64,000 nt of DNA from positions 449,009 to 513,008 of the forward strand of contig CAVPJZ010000001.1 in the NCBI GenBank assembly GCA_963705555.1, written 5' to 3'. A model generated the notes under the pieces. The model made no database searches and was not told the origin of the DNA. It was given only the letters and a program-made list of their open reading frames with translations. The position numbers were made by a program, and so were the translations under genes. Below are positions 17,939-28,844 of the stretch, piece by piece. Origin of the DNA: an uncultured delta proteobacterium (GTDB lineage Bacteria; Desulfobacterota; Syntrophia; Syntrophales; Smithellaceae). How positions within the stretch are numbered: the stretch's first letter is position 1; the number at the start of each line of letters is the position of its first letter.

Positions 17939-20342
17939 ATGACAAATAAAAAAGAATTATCCGAACGAGACATTTGTACACAGTTTATTCTGCCTGCGTT
18001 GGTTAAGGCCGGATGGGATGTGGAAAAGCAAATCCGCGAGGAAGTCTTTTTTACTGATGGTCGTATTTTTGTTAAAGGTAATAGAACGGCTCGTGGTGAA
18101 CGCAAACGCGCTGATTTTATTCTCTATCTTAAACCCAATATCCCAATAGCAGTTATTGAAGCTAAAGATAACAATCATTCCGTAGGCGCAGGATTGCAGC
18201 AGGCGCTGAAATATGCTGGTACACTCGATATTCCAATCGCATTCAGTTCCAATGGCGATGGCTTTATCATGCATGATTGTTCGGGCTATTCTCATCCGAT
18301 CGAACAGGATTTATCATTGGACACTTTTCCATCGCCAGCCGCTCTTTGGGCGATCTATAAAAAATATAAGGGAATTGAAACTCCTGAACAGGAAGAAATA
18401 GCTTCTTTTGATTATTTTTTTGACGGTTCTGGTCGAGCGCCGCGTTACTATCAGCAAATTGCCATCAATAGAACCGTAGAAGCTATTGCCCAAGGCCAGA
18501 ATCGCATTTTGCTTGTTATGGCGACGGGTACTGGAAAAACATATACAGCTTTTCAGATCATTTACCGTCTTTGGAAAAATGGGCGGAAGAAAAGAATTTT
18601 ATTTTTAGCAGATCGCAATGTTCTTATTGATCAAACCAAGCGCAATGATTTTAAACATTTTAAAGACCGCATGACAGTTATCAGAAAAAAGAAGATCGAT
18701 AAAGCATTTGAAATATATCTTGCGCTATATCAGGGGCTCACAAACTACAATGAAGATAAGGACGCTTATCGGGAATTCAGCCGGGATTTCTTTGATCTGA
18801 TAATCGTGGATGAGTGTCATCGTGGAAGTGCGGATGCCGACAGTGCGTGGCGGGAGATTCTCACCTATTTCAGTTCGGCTACCCAGATCGGACTTACTGC
18901 TACACCAAGAGAAACGAAAGAAATATCCAATATCGAATATTTCGGCGAACCGATTTACACCTATACTCTCAAGCAGGGTATTGAAGACGGATTTTTAGCT
19001 CCCTACAAAGTTATTCGTGTCGGATTAAACGTTGATCTTGAAGGCTGGCGACCTGAAGAAGGGAAAAAGGACAAAGACGGTCATGAAATTGAAGATCGTA
19101 TTTATAACACCAAAGATTTTGATAAAAACTTGGTTATAGATGAAAGAACACAATTAGTTGCCAAAAAAGTTTCTGAATATCTAAGGAAAACAAACCGCTT
19201 TGATAAAACTATCATATTCTGTGTGGACATAGAGCACGCGGAGCGCATGCGTAAGGCTTTGGCGATTGAGAATCAAGACCTAGTGTTGGAAAATCACAAA
19301 TATATTATGCGTATTACCGGCGATGATGATGAGGGCAAGCGGGAGGTGGATAATTTCATCAATCCCGAAGAACGCTATCCTGTTATTGCTACCACTTCAA
19401 AACTAATGACTACCGGAGTTGACGCGCAAACCTGCAAGCTGATTGTTCTTGATTCAAATATTAAATCCATGACTGAATTCAAACAGATTATCGGTCGCGG
19501 GACGCGCATCAATGAAGAGTATGGCAAAACCTATTTTGCCATCATGGACTTTCGCAATGTTACCGATCTTTTTGCTGATCCGGCGTTTGACGGTGATCCG
19601 GTAATGATTAAGCAAGTAAAAGGCGAAGAAGAATTAACCGACAAAGATATTTATCCTGAAGAAGATCAGGAAATTATTGATCCTGAAACCGGTACGATGG
19701 TTGATTTCTCTATAGGTGAACGTAAGGTACCCGACAACGCCGGAGATAATTACAGGCGGTGAAATTATTTCTGAGCCTCGTCCCAAAGTCTATGTTGCTG
19801 GTGTTGATGTATCCATCCTTAATGAACGGGTTCAGCATCTTGACGGCAACGGGAAGCTTATTACCGAAACACTAAAAGATTATACAAAGAAAGGTATTTT
19901 ACAGGAATATCGTACACTTGATGAATTTCTTAAACGTTGGAATAGTACTAGAAAGAAGAAAGCCATTATTGAAGAACTGGAATCACACGGCATAATTCTG
20001 GAAAACCTTCTGGACGAAGTAAAAAAAGATTTGGATATATTTGATCTGATTTGCCATATCGCCTGGGACATGCCCGCGCTGACGCGTAAAGAAAGAGCGG
20101 AGAAGGTGAGAAAGCGCAACTACTTTACAAAATATGGTGAGAAAGCGCGCATTGTTATCGAGGCTCTTTTAGATAAATATGCCGACGAAGGTATTGAAAA
20201 TATCGAAGACCTTGCTGTCTTGCGTATTGAACCATTCAATAAAATCGGAACACCGGCGGAAATCATTCAGATATTCGGCGGCAGAGATAAATATCTATAC
20301 GTTATCGAAGAACTGGAACACGAACTCTACGCAGCAGCTTAA
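17939..20342 (+). pseudogene. hsdR: type I restriction enzyme R subunit (EcoEI-like C-terminal domain), one frame break near 19730
   Basis: N-terminal nuclease ADFILYL...IAVIEAKD. Helicase motif I MATGTGKT and motif [11 protein letters not shown]. The C-terminal part continues in ORF 19716-20342. Confidence 0.9.
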
Positions 20343-20351
20343 GGACAATCA

Positions 20352-21810
20352 ATGAAAAATATCGGCAATATTATTAAAACACTACAAAATATCATGCGCA
20401 AAGACCCTGGCGTTTCCGGTGATGCCCAGCGCATCGAGCAATTGGGCTGGATGATTACTTTAAAAATTTTGGATGATAAAGATAAGGAACTTGAAGCTGA
20501 TTGATGAAAAGTATAAATCACCGATACCCGAGTTTTCTGCAATGGCGCAATTGGGCTGGTGATGATGAAGGGATGACCGGAGAGGATTTGAAAAAATTTA
20601 TTGATGGCAAACTTATTCCCAAGCTTAAAAATCTTGATGTGAGTTCTGGTAATAAACGTGCGCTCATTATCCGTGAAATATTTGACGGCACCAATAACTA
20701 CATGAAAAACGGCACAATCATTCGTCAGGTGCTGAATGAACTAAACAAGATTGATTTTAATAGTTCGGAAGACCGCCACGTTTTCGGTGATATTTACGAA
20801 ACGATCTTGCGCGACCTGCAAAGCGCTGGTAATTATGGCGAATTCTACACACCCCGTGCGTTGACCGAGTTTATGACCGAAATGGTTAATCCGCGTCTGG
20901 GTGAAAAAGTGCTTGATCCGGCCTGCGGTACAGGTGGCTTTTTAACCAGCGCCATTGAAAATATCCGCAAGCAGGATGTTAAAGGTGTTGAAGATCTCAA
21001 AGTACTTGGAAAAAACCATTCACGGCATGGAATTAAAACCGCTGCCGTTTATGCTTTGTGTTACCAATCTGATTTTGCATGATATAGAAGTTCCTAATGT
21101 TGATTATACCGACAGTTTGAATCGTGAATATACATCCATCGGACAAAAAGATCGGGTGGATGTAATTCTGGCCAATCCGCCGTTTGGTGCATCGGTTACC
21201 GATGGAGTGGAAACCAATTTCCCGCTGAATTTCCGGACAACGGAAAGCGCTGATCTGTTTTTGATGCTGATGATGCGCTATCTCAAAGACGGAGGCCGCG
21301 CCGGTATTGTTCTGCCTGATGGTTCGCTTACTGGCGATGGCGTAAAACAGCGCATCCGCCAGCACTTTCTGGAAAACTGCAATCTACATACAATTGTTCG
21401 GCTTGCCGAATTCGGTTTTTCAACCTTATGCCAGCGTTGCCACCAATCTGCTTTTCTTTGAGAAAGGAAAACCGACAAAAGAAATTTGGTATTGGGAGCA
21501 TAAACTGCCGGAAGGGGTGAAAGCCTACAACAAAACAAAGCCGATTCAGAAAAAGTGAATTTGATAAGTCTGAAAAAATGGTGGAAGAAACGCAAAGAAA
21601 ATGAACAGGCGTGGAAAGTCTCAATCGATACGATTATTGCAGGAACGGTTACAACCTTGACATTAAAAATCCCCATACACCGGAAGTAACACACGAATAT
21701 ACCAGCACTGAGCTTGTGAAGCTATGCTTCATGATTCGTTTAGAAAGAGTGATGAACTCTTGGAGAAATTGAAGAAGGAGCTTAGCGAATGGCTGAATGG
21801 TACCAATTGA
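20352..21810 (+). pseudogene. hsdM: type I R-M N6-adenine DNA methyltransferase subunit, about 6 frame breaks
   Basis: SAM motif LDPACGTGGFL and catalytic ANPPFG. Fragments lie in ORFs 20501-21082 and 20955-21461 and in further frames to 21810. Confidence 0.88.
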
Positions 21811-23133
21811 CGAACTTTTTGATTTTGAAAAAGGTTCAGTGCAAAGTTCAAAGTGCACTGCCTGGCAAATATACTTTTATTACTGCTGCTGAAGAATGGA
21901 AAACGCATCAAGCATATACTCATGATTGCTGAAGCTTTGATATTTGCAATGGCAGCTTCCGGTTCGTTTGGCAGAACACATTACATAAAAGGCAAATTCA
22001 TTTCCAGTGATTTTTGTTTTATTCTAACGCCCAAGAAAGGGTTAGCAGGACTTGATTTAACTTTCTATTACAGACTCTTTAATTTTCTCCGATCAGATAT
22101 TGTAAAAAAAACAGCAACCGGAACTTCAAAGAATTGGCAATCAATCAGACAACTTTTGGAGCATATAAACTTCCATATTTTGACTTACGATCATCAGTTG
22201 ATTTTCAGAGATAAAATAGAAAATATTAAATCAACATTAGGAAAGTTGATTCATCTTTAGCGGTACTTGGAACTGAACAAGTTATCATTATCCTACAAAT
22301 AACTTCGTCCGGCAATCTATATTGCAGGAAGCCATTGAAGGAAAGCTTACTGGCGACTGGCGAAAGCAAAATCCGAAATTAATCAGCGGTGAAAATCACG
22401 CTTCAAAATTGCTTGAAAAAATCAAAGCCGAAAAAGAACGGTTGATCAAAGAAGGGAAGATAAAGAAAGAAAAACCGCTTGCACCAATTAACTGATGAAG
22501 AAAAGACTTTTGATTGCCCGAAGGATTGGGTGTGGTGCAGGTTGGGAGAAATTGTTTTGGCATTGAATATGGATCAAGTGCGAACTCTAAATAAGGATGG
22601 CAAAGGTCCGTATCTTGAATGGGAAATTTACAAAATGGTCAAATCTTGATTGGGAGGATTTATGTCTATACTAGCAATGATACGGAAGAGAAAAGCACTT
22701 ACTTGAGAATAATGAATCGGACAGATGTTCAGCCATAGAAGGTGATTTATTAGTTCGTGATAGGTGGCAAAGCGGGTCGTTCCATATGAGAATGATGATA
22801 TAATATTTATGTCTGAGTCATATCCGTGAGGTTCCATATTGCGAGATTAATATCACATCTATAATATATACATATTTTCAAATAATTCATCATTTCACAG
22901 ATGAAATACAATAAAGTAAAAGCAGGTGTCTGCGGTCATATCTAACATTATATGCAACAAAACTTAGAGATTATAGATATCCCCTCGCGCCAATTACCGA
23001 GCAACAAGCCATTGTCGAGCGGGTGGATAAACTTATGGCCATGATTGACGAACTGGAAAAACAAGTCACCGAACGCAAAGACAAATCCGAAAGACTGATG
23101 CAGTCGGTATTACGCGAGGCATTTATGCAATGA
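21789..23133 (+). pseudogene. hsdS: type I R-M specificity subunit, heavily disrupted (>=6 breaks, worst at 22540-22990)
   Basis: TRD1 fragment ALIFAMAASGSFGRTHYIKGKFISSDFCFILTPK. Central helix [21 protein letters not shown]. Conserved C-terminal helix PLAPITEQQAIVERVDKLMAMIDELEKQV. Confidence 0.8.
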
Positions 23134-24635
23134 AAGTATATTTTTCTGATATTTTCAAAGTTAGCCCCGATGTGCTTGAAAAATATGGCGCACTTAATAT
23201 TTCTTTAATTAATGATTTGCCGTTGTTTATTGATCCATTCCTGCTATTCAATAGTCCTAAACCAGAATATCAAAGACTACATAAAGAGATTTTACGATAC
23301 GTGGCTTTCCTAAGGGATCGCTCTGTTGAGCAATCTGTTAGCAAAGGACTACTCAAAAGCTGGTATACATTCCCAGAAGTTAAGCAGACTTGGTTGGGAT
23401 ATAGTGAAGTAGGTAACAGGGGACGTGGGCCGGGGATAGATTTTGCACGTGCATTTGATGAAAATTTAAAAGGGCAATTTTCTGATTTTGATAAAGATAC
23501 TATATGCCAGAGTCCGCATTTGGAAAAATTTTGTTTAGTTAAAGAAAAAATCGGTAAAGATAATATAAGTGATTTTGTAACTAATTTAATTAAAGGTTTT
23601 TTACTCCGATATACGGAAAAGTTTGCACAAAAATATATAGATTCATCAATGAGAAAAAGTTTTACAGTTAGTCATGTTGATTTTAATTATACGACATGTT
23701 CATGGAATTCCAGGCAATTCGAGCTTCCTATTGATATCTTGAATACTCAAAAAGAAGACTACGTTTTATTAACACCAAAAGATTTATTAACTAAAGACGA
23801 TACTTGGATAAATAAGACTGATTTAGTCAACAATTTTAATAATATTGTTTCAGCGGTATCTAATGAAGAGCTACGTGCACAGCTAAGTTTTTATTTTGTC
23901 AGAAATTTACCGAAGCCAAAATATACTAAGAAAGGCAAAGAAAAGAAACCAAGTAAGACTGACATAGTAAAAGCAGTTGGCGCTGTAATAAAAGAATATC
24001 CAACGCTGATCGATTATTACATTAAATATAAAGAGGATAAGAGTGAAGAAGCCAAGTCGGTTAGCGGTGAACGTGTCGCTGAAGTACAAAAGTTATTTAT
24101 CGAAAACCTTTCAAGATTTATTAGTTTATTGAATAAAGAAACTAAATTTTATTTTATTGAAAAAGATACGCTTTCGGCTGCCTATGAGCGTGTTTTGTTT
24201 TTAAAAAATGTTATTGAAAATAAAGATGGTTATAGAATCTTCTATATCAAAGGTGTGCCTATTAAACGTGAGACTGACGTGCATGTCATGTTTCGTTTAA
24301 CTTGGTTTGCATCACCAGATGACGTTACGCCTGAAGCAAATGACGGGCGTGGGCCTGTTGATTTTAAAATTTCCCAAGGTGCTTTTGATAAGTCCTTAGT
24401 GGAATTTAAATTAGCATCTAATACGCAGCTTGCAAAAAATCTACAAAATCAGGTTGAAATCTACAAGAAAGCCCATGATACGGATAAAGCCATAAAGGTA
24501 ATAATATTTTTTTCGGCGAAAGAAGAGAGACGAGTGAAAAATATTCTTACAGCTTTGGGACTTTCTAATGAAAAATATGTTGTTTTAATAGATGCGAGAA
24601 AAGACAACAAAGTAGCTGCTTCAAAAGCTAAATGA
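23130..24635 (+). CDS. uncharacterised 501-aa protein with PD-(D/E)xK-like C-terminal motif, translationally coupled to hsdS
   Basis: Intact ORF whose ATG overlaps the hsdS stop (ATGA). The C-terminus reads ETDVHVMF...GRGPVDFKIS...SLVEFKLAS (E / PVD / ExK spacing). I do not recognise the N-terminal 350 aa. Confidence 0.6.
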   Translation: MKVYFSDIFKVSPDVLEKYGALNISLINDLPLFIDPFLLFNSPKPEYQRLHKEILRYVAFLRDRSVEQSVSKGLLKSWYTFPEVKQTWLGYSEVGNRGRGPGIDFARAFDENLKGQFSDFDKDTICQSPHLEKFCLVKEKIGKDNISDFVTNLIKGFLLRYTEKFAQKYIDSSMRKSFTVSHVDFNYTTCSWNSRQFELPIDILNTQKEDYVLLTPKDLLTKDDTWINKTDLVNNFNNIVSAVSNEELRAQLSFYFVRNLPKPKYTKKGKEKKPSKTDIVKAVGAVIKEYPTLIDYYIKYKEDKSEEAKSVSGERVAEVQKLFIENLSRFISLLNKETKFYFIEKDTLSAAYERVLFLKNVIENKDGYRIFYIKGVPIKRETDVHVMFRLTWFASPDDVTPEANDGRGPVDFKISQGAFDKSLVEFKLASNTQLAKNLQNQVEIYKKAHDTDKAIKVIIFFSAKEERRVKNILTALGLSNEKYVVLIDARKDNKVAASKAK

Positions 24636-24647
24636 AAGGGATTTTTT

Positions 24648-26444
24648 ATGAGCACACAACGTTATTCGGTTACACCGCAGCCAATTGAAACTATTTTGAC
24701 ATGGGAGAAAACAAAAGAAATTGCCATACCTGAGATTCAACGTCCTTTTGTATGGGATGCGACGAAGGTTCGTAATCTTCTGGACTCATTATACTTAGGT
24801 TACCCTATTGGATATTTAATTACCTGGCGTAACCCTTCGGTTAAATTGAAGGACGGAACTTCATCACAGGGGAAAAGGATATTAATTGACGGGCAACAGC
24901 GTGTAACTGCCCTTATGGCTGCTATACTAGGCAGGGAAGTGCTGACAAAGGATTATGAGAATGTAAAAATAAAAATTGCTTTCCACCCTATAGATGAAAA
25001 GTTTGAAGTTGCTAACCCTGCAATTCAAAAAGATACCAGTTGGATTTATGACATTGCCAAAGTTTTTGCCCCTTCTTCCAGCCTTGTGGAATTAACTGAT
25101 AATTATATATTAGCGAATCCTGATGCTGACAAACATGCAATATCCATAATTTTAGAAAAATTGCGGAAAATAATATACAACTTTGTGGGTATAATTGAAC
25201 TTGATGGTGATCTGGACATTGAAACAGTTACCGAGATATTTATACGTGTCAATTCTGCCGGCGCACAGCTTAGCCAAGCTGACTTTGCCATGTCAAAGAT
25301 TTCAGTTAATGAAACTTATGGCGGGAATACGCTACGCAAGGCGATTGACTATTTCTGCCACATGTCTGTTTATCCTGATTTTTATACAATCGTTCAGAAA
25401 AACGATCCAGTTTTCTGCAAAACTGAATTTTTTCAAAAAATGTCATGGCTTAAAAACGAGAATGAAGATATTTATGATCCCTCATATACAGATATGCTGC
25501 GTGTCGCTTTCACAACAGAGTTCAAGCGCGGCAAACTGCAAGACTTGGTAGCCTTAGTATCAGGTCGAAATTTTGAAACTAAAAAGTATGAAGAATCCAT
25601 TGTTGAGGATTCCTTCACCCGTTTAAAATCTAGTATATTTGCTTTTATGAATGAAACACATTTTAAGCGGTTTGTGATGATTGTTCGTTCGGCTGGATTC
25701 GTGGATTCTTCTCTTATCGGTTCCCAAAATGCACTTAACTCTGCTTATATCGTTTACCTGACATTACGAGGGATAAAGACACCCGATGCGGATATAGAAA
25801 GTAATGTGCGTAAGTGGTTTGTATTTTCAGTGCTAACGGGCCGCTATTCTGGTTCCCCTGAGTCTATGTTTGATTATGATATACGTCAGATTCATGCACA
25901 AGGATTTGCACCCTACGCCGAGAGTCTCTATGCTGGTGAACTTTCTGATGCATTCTGGAGTGCAAGTCTTCCTCAGGAGATGGATACGTCTGTAGCTTCA
26001 AGCCCATACTTTAGAGTTTTTCAAGCAGCACAGATCACGCTTGGCGATAAAGGATTTTTATCAAAAGATTTGAGTGCACGCGAATTAATTGAGGTCAAGT
26101 CGGATGTGCATCATCTGTTTCCAAAGAATTATCTTAAAAAACAAGGACTAAATAGGGGACAATACAATCAGATTGCTAATTATGCTGTGGCACAAAGTGA
26201 AATTAATATTGCGATAGGGAACAAAGAACCAAGTAAATATATGTCTGAAGTGCTTGATCAATGTAATGGCGGGAAAAAGAAATATGGCAATATTATAAAT
26301 ATCGATGATCTGAATACAAATTTTAAAATGAACTGCATTCCGGAAGGTATGGAAAATATGAGTGTGGCAGATTATCCGCAGTTTTTGGCGGCACGCCGTG
26401 TCTTGATGGCGAATAAGATAAAAACCTACTTTAAAAAACTATAG
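24648..26444 (+). CDS. GmrSD-family DUF262/DUF1524 protein (type IV, modification-dependent restriction-like)
   Basis: N-terminal [10 protein letters not shown] and [11 protein letters not shown] (DUF262/ParB-like). C-terminal [11 protein letters not shown]...NQIANYAV (His-Me finger, DUF1524). Confidence 0.85.
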   Translation: MSTQRYSVTPQPIETILTWEKTKEIAIPEIQRPFVWDATKVRNLLDSLYLGYPIGYLITWRNPSVKLKDGTSSQGKRILIDGQQRVTALMAAILGREVLTKDYENVKIKIAFHPIDEKFEVANPAIQKDTSWIYDIAKVFAPSSSLVELTDNYILANPDADKHAISIILEKLRKIIYNFVGIIELDGDLDIETVTEIFIRVNSAGAQLSQADFAMSKISVNETYGGNTLRKAIDYFCHMSVYPDFYTIVQKNDPVFCKTEFFQKMSWLKNENEDIYDPSYTDMLRVAFTTEFKRGKLQDLVALVSGRNFETKKYEESIVEDSFTRLKSSIFAFMNETHFKRFVMIVRSAGFVDSSLIGSQNALNSAYIVYLTLRGIKTPDADIESNVRKWFVFSVLTGRYSGSPESMFDYDIRQIHAQGFAPYAESLYAGELSDAFWSASLPQEMDTSVASSPYFRVFQAAQITLGDKGFLSKDLSARELIEVKSDVHHLFPKNYLKKQGLNRGQYNQIANYAVAQSEINIAIGNKEPSKYMSEVLDQCNGGKKKYGNIINIDDLNTNFKMNCIPEGMENMSVADYPQFLAARRVLMANKIKTYFKKL

Positions 26445-26450
26445 TAGTGA

Positions 26451-26495
26451 AATAATCGGGGACGGTTCTATTTAGATTACTTATCAGTCCTGGCT
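26451..26495 (+). repeat. 45-nt element AATAATCGGGGACGGTTCTATTTAGATTACTTATCAGTCCTGGCT (copy a of 4)
   Basis: About 38/46 identity to 32875-32918. The core GNTTCTATTTA also occurs at 34987-35014 and 38439-38463. Confidence 0.7.
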
Positions 26496-26500
26496 GTGCT

Positions 26501-26687
26501 GTGGTGGAAAGTAGGGAATTGAGTCCGCAATCCCGATTTGCTACGCTTACGGGATCAATTCGACTAAAAAACTTTAATGCGTTTTGTGGGATAGCTCGCT
26601 GTGTTCATTATCCCACGTCGCTTTGCTTCTGGGATAATTCGTCCAACAAATTTCAGTGCGCTGCGCTTCTGAAATTTGGGACTCATT
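26501..26687 (-). repeat. mosaic hairpin-module array C (inverted orientation)
   Basis: The reverse complement reads AATGAGTCC-CAAATTTCAG-AAGCGCAGCGCA-CTGAAATTTG-TTGGACGAATTATCCC. ATCCC hairpins and a half module (TTAAAGTTTTTTAGTCGAATTGATCCC) follow. Confidence 0.85.
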
Positions 26688-26701
26688 AAAAGGAGGTTAC
26701 C

Positions 26702-27367
26702 ATGGAATTAGCTGCTGCAATCAAGGGAAGAAGGAGTATTCGCAAATTCAAATCGCAGGATGTACCTAAAAGTGTAATTACGGAAATTCTGGAAGAGGCG
26801 CGCTGGTCGCCATCGTGGGGAAATACCCAGCCCTGGGATTTGTATGTATTAAAGGGTAAAACACTGGCTAAATTTAAAGAAATGAATCTCAAGCAAACGC
26901 TGGCGGGCGCAGCTATTGCCCCCGATGTGCCGATGCTCGAAAAATGGCCGGACGCCATGAAAGTCAGATATGGAGAGCTGGGCAAAATCGTTTTGTCCTC
27001 GCAGGGTATAAAAAGAGAGGATAAGGACGCACGCGATAAGTATTATCAGAATATGGTTTCCATGTTTGATACCCCTTGTCTGATTCTGGCCTGTATTTCC
27101 CGGGATAATCTTGTCGAATACCAGATGCTGGATATCGGCCTTATCGCGCAAACGATTTGTCTCGCTGCTCACGGTAAAGGCCTGGGCACGTGTCTCCTGG
27201 CCGCCGCCGCGCGTTACTCCGCCGAAATCAGAAAAATAGTGGCAATTCCCGCCGATAAAAAAATTGTTGTGGGCATTGCTCTGGGTTATCCCGATCCGTC
27301 ATTTCCTCTCAACAATTTCGAGCGGGAGAGAGCAAAGCTGGATGAATTTGTCCATTGGATGGAATAA
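26702..27367 (+). CDS. nitroreductase-family protein
   Basis: 221 aa with N-terminus AIKGRRSIRKFKSQDVP...ARWSPSWGNTQPW. AGGAGG SD. Confidence 0.88.
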   Translation: MELAAAIKGRRSIRKFKSQDVPKSVITEILEEARWSPSWGNTQPWDLYVLKGKTLAKFKEMNLKQTLAGAAIAPDVPMLEKWPDAMKVRYGELGKIVLSSQGIKREDKDARDKYYQNMVSMFDTPCLILACISRDNLVEYQMLDIGLIAQTICLAAHGKGLGTCLLAAAARYSAEIRKIVAIPADKKIVVGIALGYPDPSFPLNNFERERAKLDEFVHWME

Positions 27368-27553
27368 AGAACAAATTTTGGATTTGTCATTGAAGGGACG
27401 CGCATCTCGTGAAGCATGAAGCGGACTTGGCATATCGATATTTCATGGGGAAAATTGAGACAGGTAAAATTAAAGCGCCGAGGTGGATACTTAATCTATT
27501 TTGCTTGCAAAATATTACAAAGTATATATAATTAACGTAGGTGATAATTATAT

Positions 27554-28150
27554 ATGCTTAGTAGAAACATAACCAAATTGCAGGAATTAAGCAAAAAATC
27601 CTATTTTACCCTTGATGATATGGCGCTGAATTTTAACTTTCAGGCGGCATCCGCCCGCGTATTTTGCAGCCGTTACGTCCGGCAGGGGCTGTTGGTCAGA
27701 TTGAAAAATAATATTTACACAACCGCCTGGAAATGGGAAGCTCTGACACGACAGGATTTGTATAAAATCGCCAATGTATTGCAGGTTCCTTCCTATATTT
27801 CCCTGATGACGGCCCTGGCGTATTATGACGTGACAACACAGGCGCAGAACAATTATCAGGAAAGCGTCTGTCTGAAACGTTCGATTACTTACAATGTCCG
27901 GGAAGCCGTTTTCAGTTATGTAAAATTGCAGCGCCAATATTATGGCGATTTTATTAAAATGGACGGTATATTTATCGCTACCAAAGAAAAAGCGTTTCTG
28001 GACGCGGTCTATCTTTACTCATTCGGCAAATATAAGTTCGACGTTGACTCGTTGGACATGAAGAAACTGGAATTGAAAAAACTAAAAAGCCTGTTGAAAA
28101 ATTATCCGAAAAAAACAAAAGAAACGGCGAAAAGACTGTGCGGGATTTAA
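27554..28150 (+). CDS. AbiEi-family antitoxin/transcriptional regulator (type IV TA)
   Basis: 198-aa ORF immediately upstream of, and overlapping, an AbiEii-type nucleotidyltransferase gene. The N-terminal region is wHTH-like. Confidence 0.7.
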   Translation: MLSRNITKLQELSKKSYFTLDDMALNFNFQAASARVFCSRYVRQGLLVRLKNNIYTTAWKWEALTRQDLYKIANVLQVPSYISLMTALAYYDVTTQAQNNYQESVCLKRSITYNVREAVFSYVKLQRQYYGDFIKMDGIFIATKEKAFLDAVYLYSFGKYKFDVDSLDMKKLELKKLKSLLKNYPKKTKETAKRLCGI

Positions 28151-28806
28151 TTCAACACGAGCAATTTGAGCTGGAAGTCCTCGACAGGCTTAACAGCGGA
28201 CGATTTCTGGCCGGCTTGATTTTCGGCGGCGGCACTATGTTGCGCTTATGTCACGGACTGGATCGTTATTCAGTGGATCTGGATTTCTGGGTCGTAAAGG
28301 ATATCGACTGGGCAAAGTTTTACCGGAAGCTAGAAAAATATTTATTGCAGTTTTATAAGCTTGCCGATTCCGCCAACAAACATTTTACAATTCTATTCGA
28401 ATTGAAATCGCCGCAATTTCCAAGGGCGCTGAAAATAGAAATTCGAAAAGAGGCAAAGATCATCAAAACGGAAACCAGCATAGCTTACAGTGCCAACTCC
28501 AATATTCAGGTTCTGATAAAAACCATGGCGCTGGAAGAAATGATGAGGTCAAAAATTGAGGCCTTTCTCAGCCGCAAGGAAATACGTGATGCATACGATA
28601 TTGAGTTCTTATTAAAAAGAGGCATACCCCTTGCCGCTGAAAAAGAAACCCTGGTCGAACTGCTTACCGGATTGGAAAAGCTCGGTAAAAAAGACTTTTC
28701 CGTGAAGTTGGGGACGTTGCTAGACGTATCTGCACGAAAATATTACCTGGAAAATGGATTCCGCATTCTGGAAACAAGCCTGCAAGATAAAATTAGAGCC
28801 AATTAA
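28138..28806 (+). CDS. AbiEii/AbiGii-family nucleotidyltransferase toxin (DUF1814)
   Basis: GGGTMLRLCHGLDRYSVDLDFW (GG...DxD NTase motif). The GTG start overlaps the AbiEi stop. Confidence 0.8.
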   Translation: MRDLIQHEQFELEVLDRLNSGRFLAGLIFGGGTMLRLCHGLDRYSVDLDFWVVKDIDWAKFYRKLEKYLLQFYKLADSANKHFTILFELKSPQFPRALKIEIRKEAKIIKTETSIAYSANSNIQVLIKTMALEEMMRSKIEAFLSRKEIRDAYDIEFLLKRGIPLAAEKETLVELLTGLEKLGKKDFSVKLGTLLDVSARKYYLENGFRILETSLQDKIRAN

Positions 28807-28844
28807 AAAAATGAATTGGAGAATTAAACGAAAAGGAGATTGCT

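Noticed and set aside
21789-23133. Phase-variable hsdS shufflon (inverted hsdS half-genes plus a recombinase).
   Set aside because: There is only one hsdS copy, no inverted TRD duplicates, and no recombinase gene. The disruption is by indels, not inversions.
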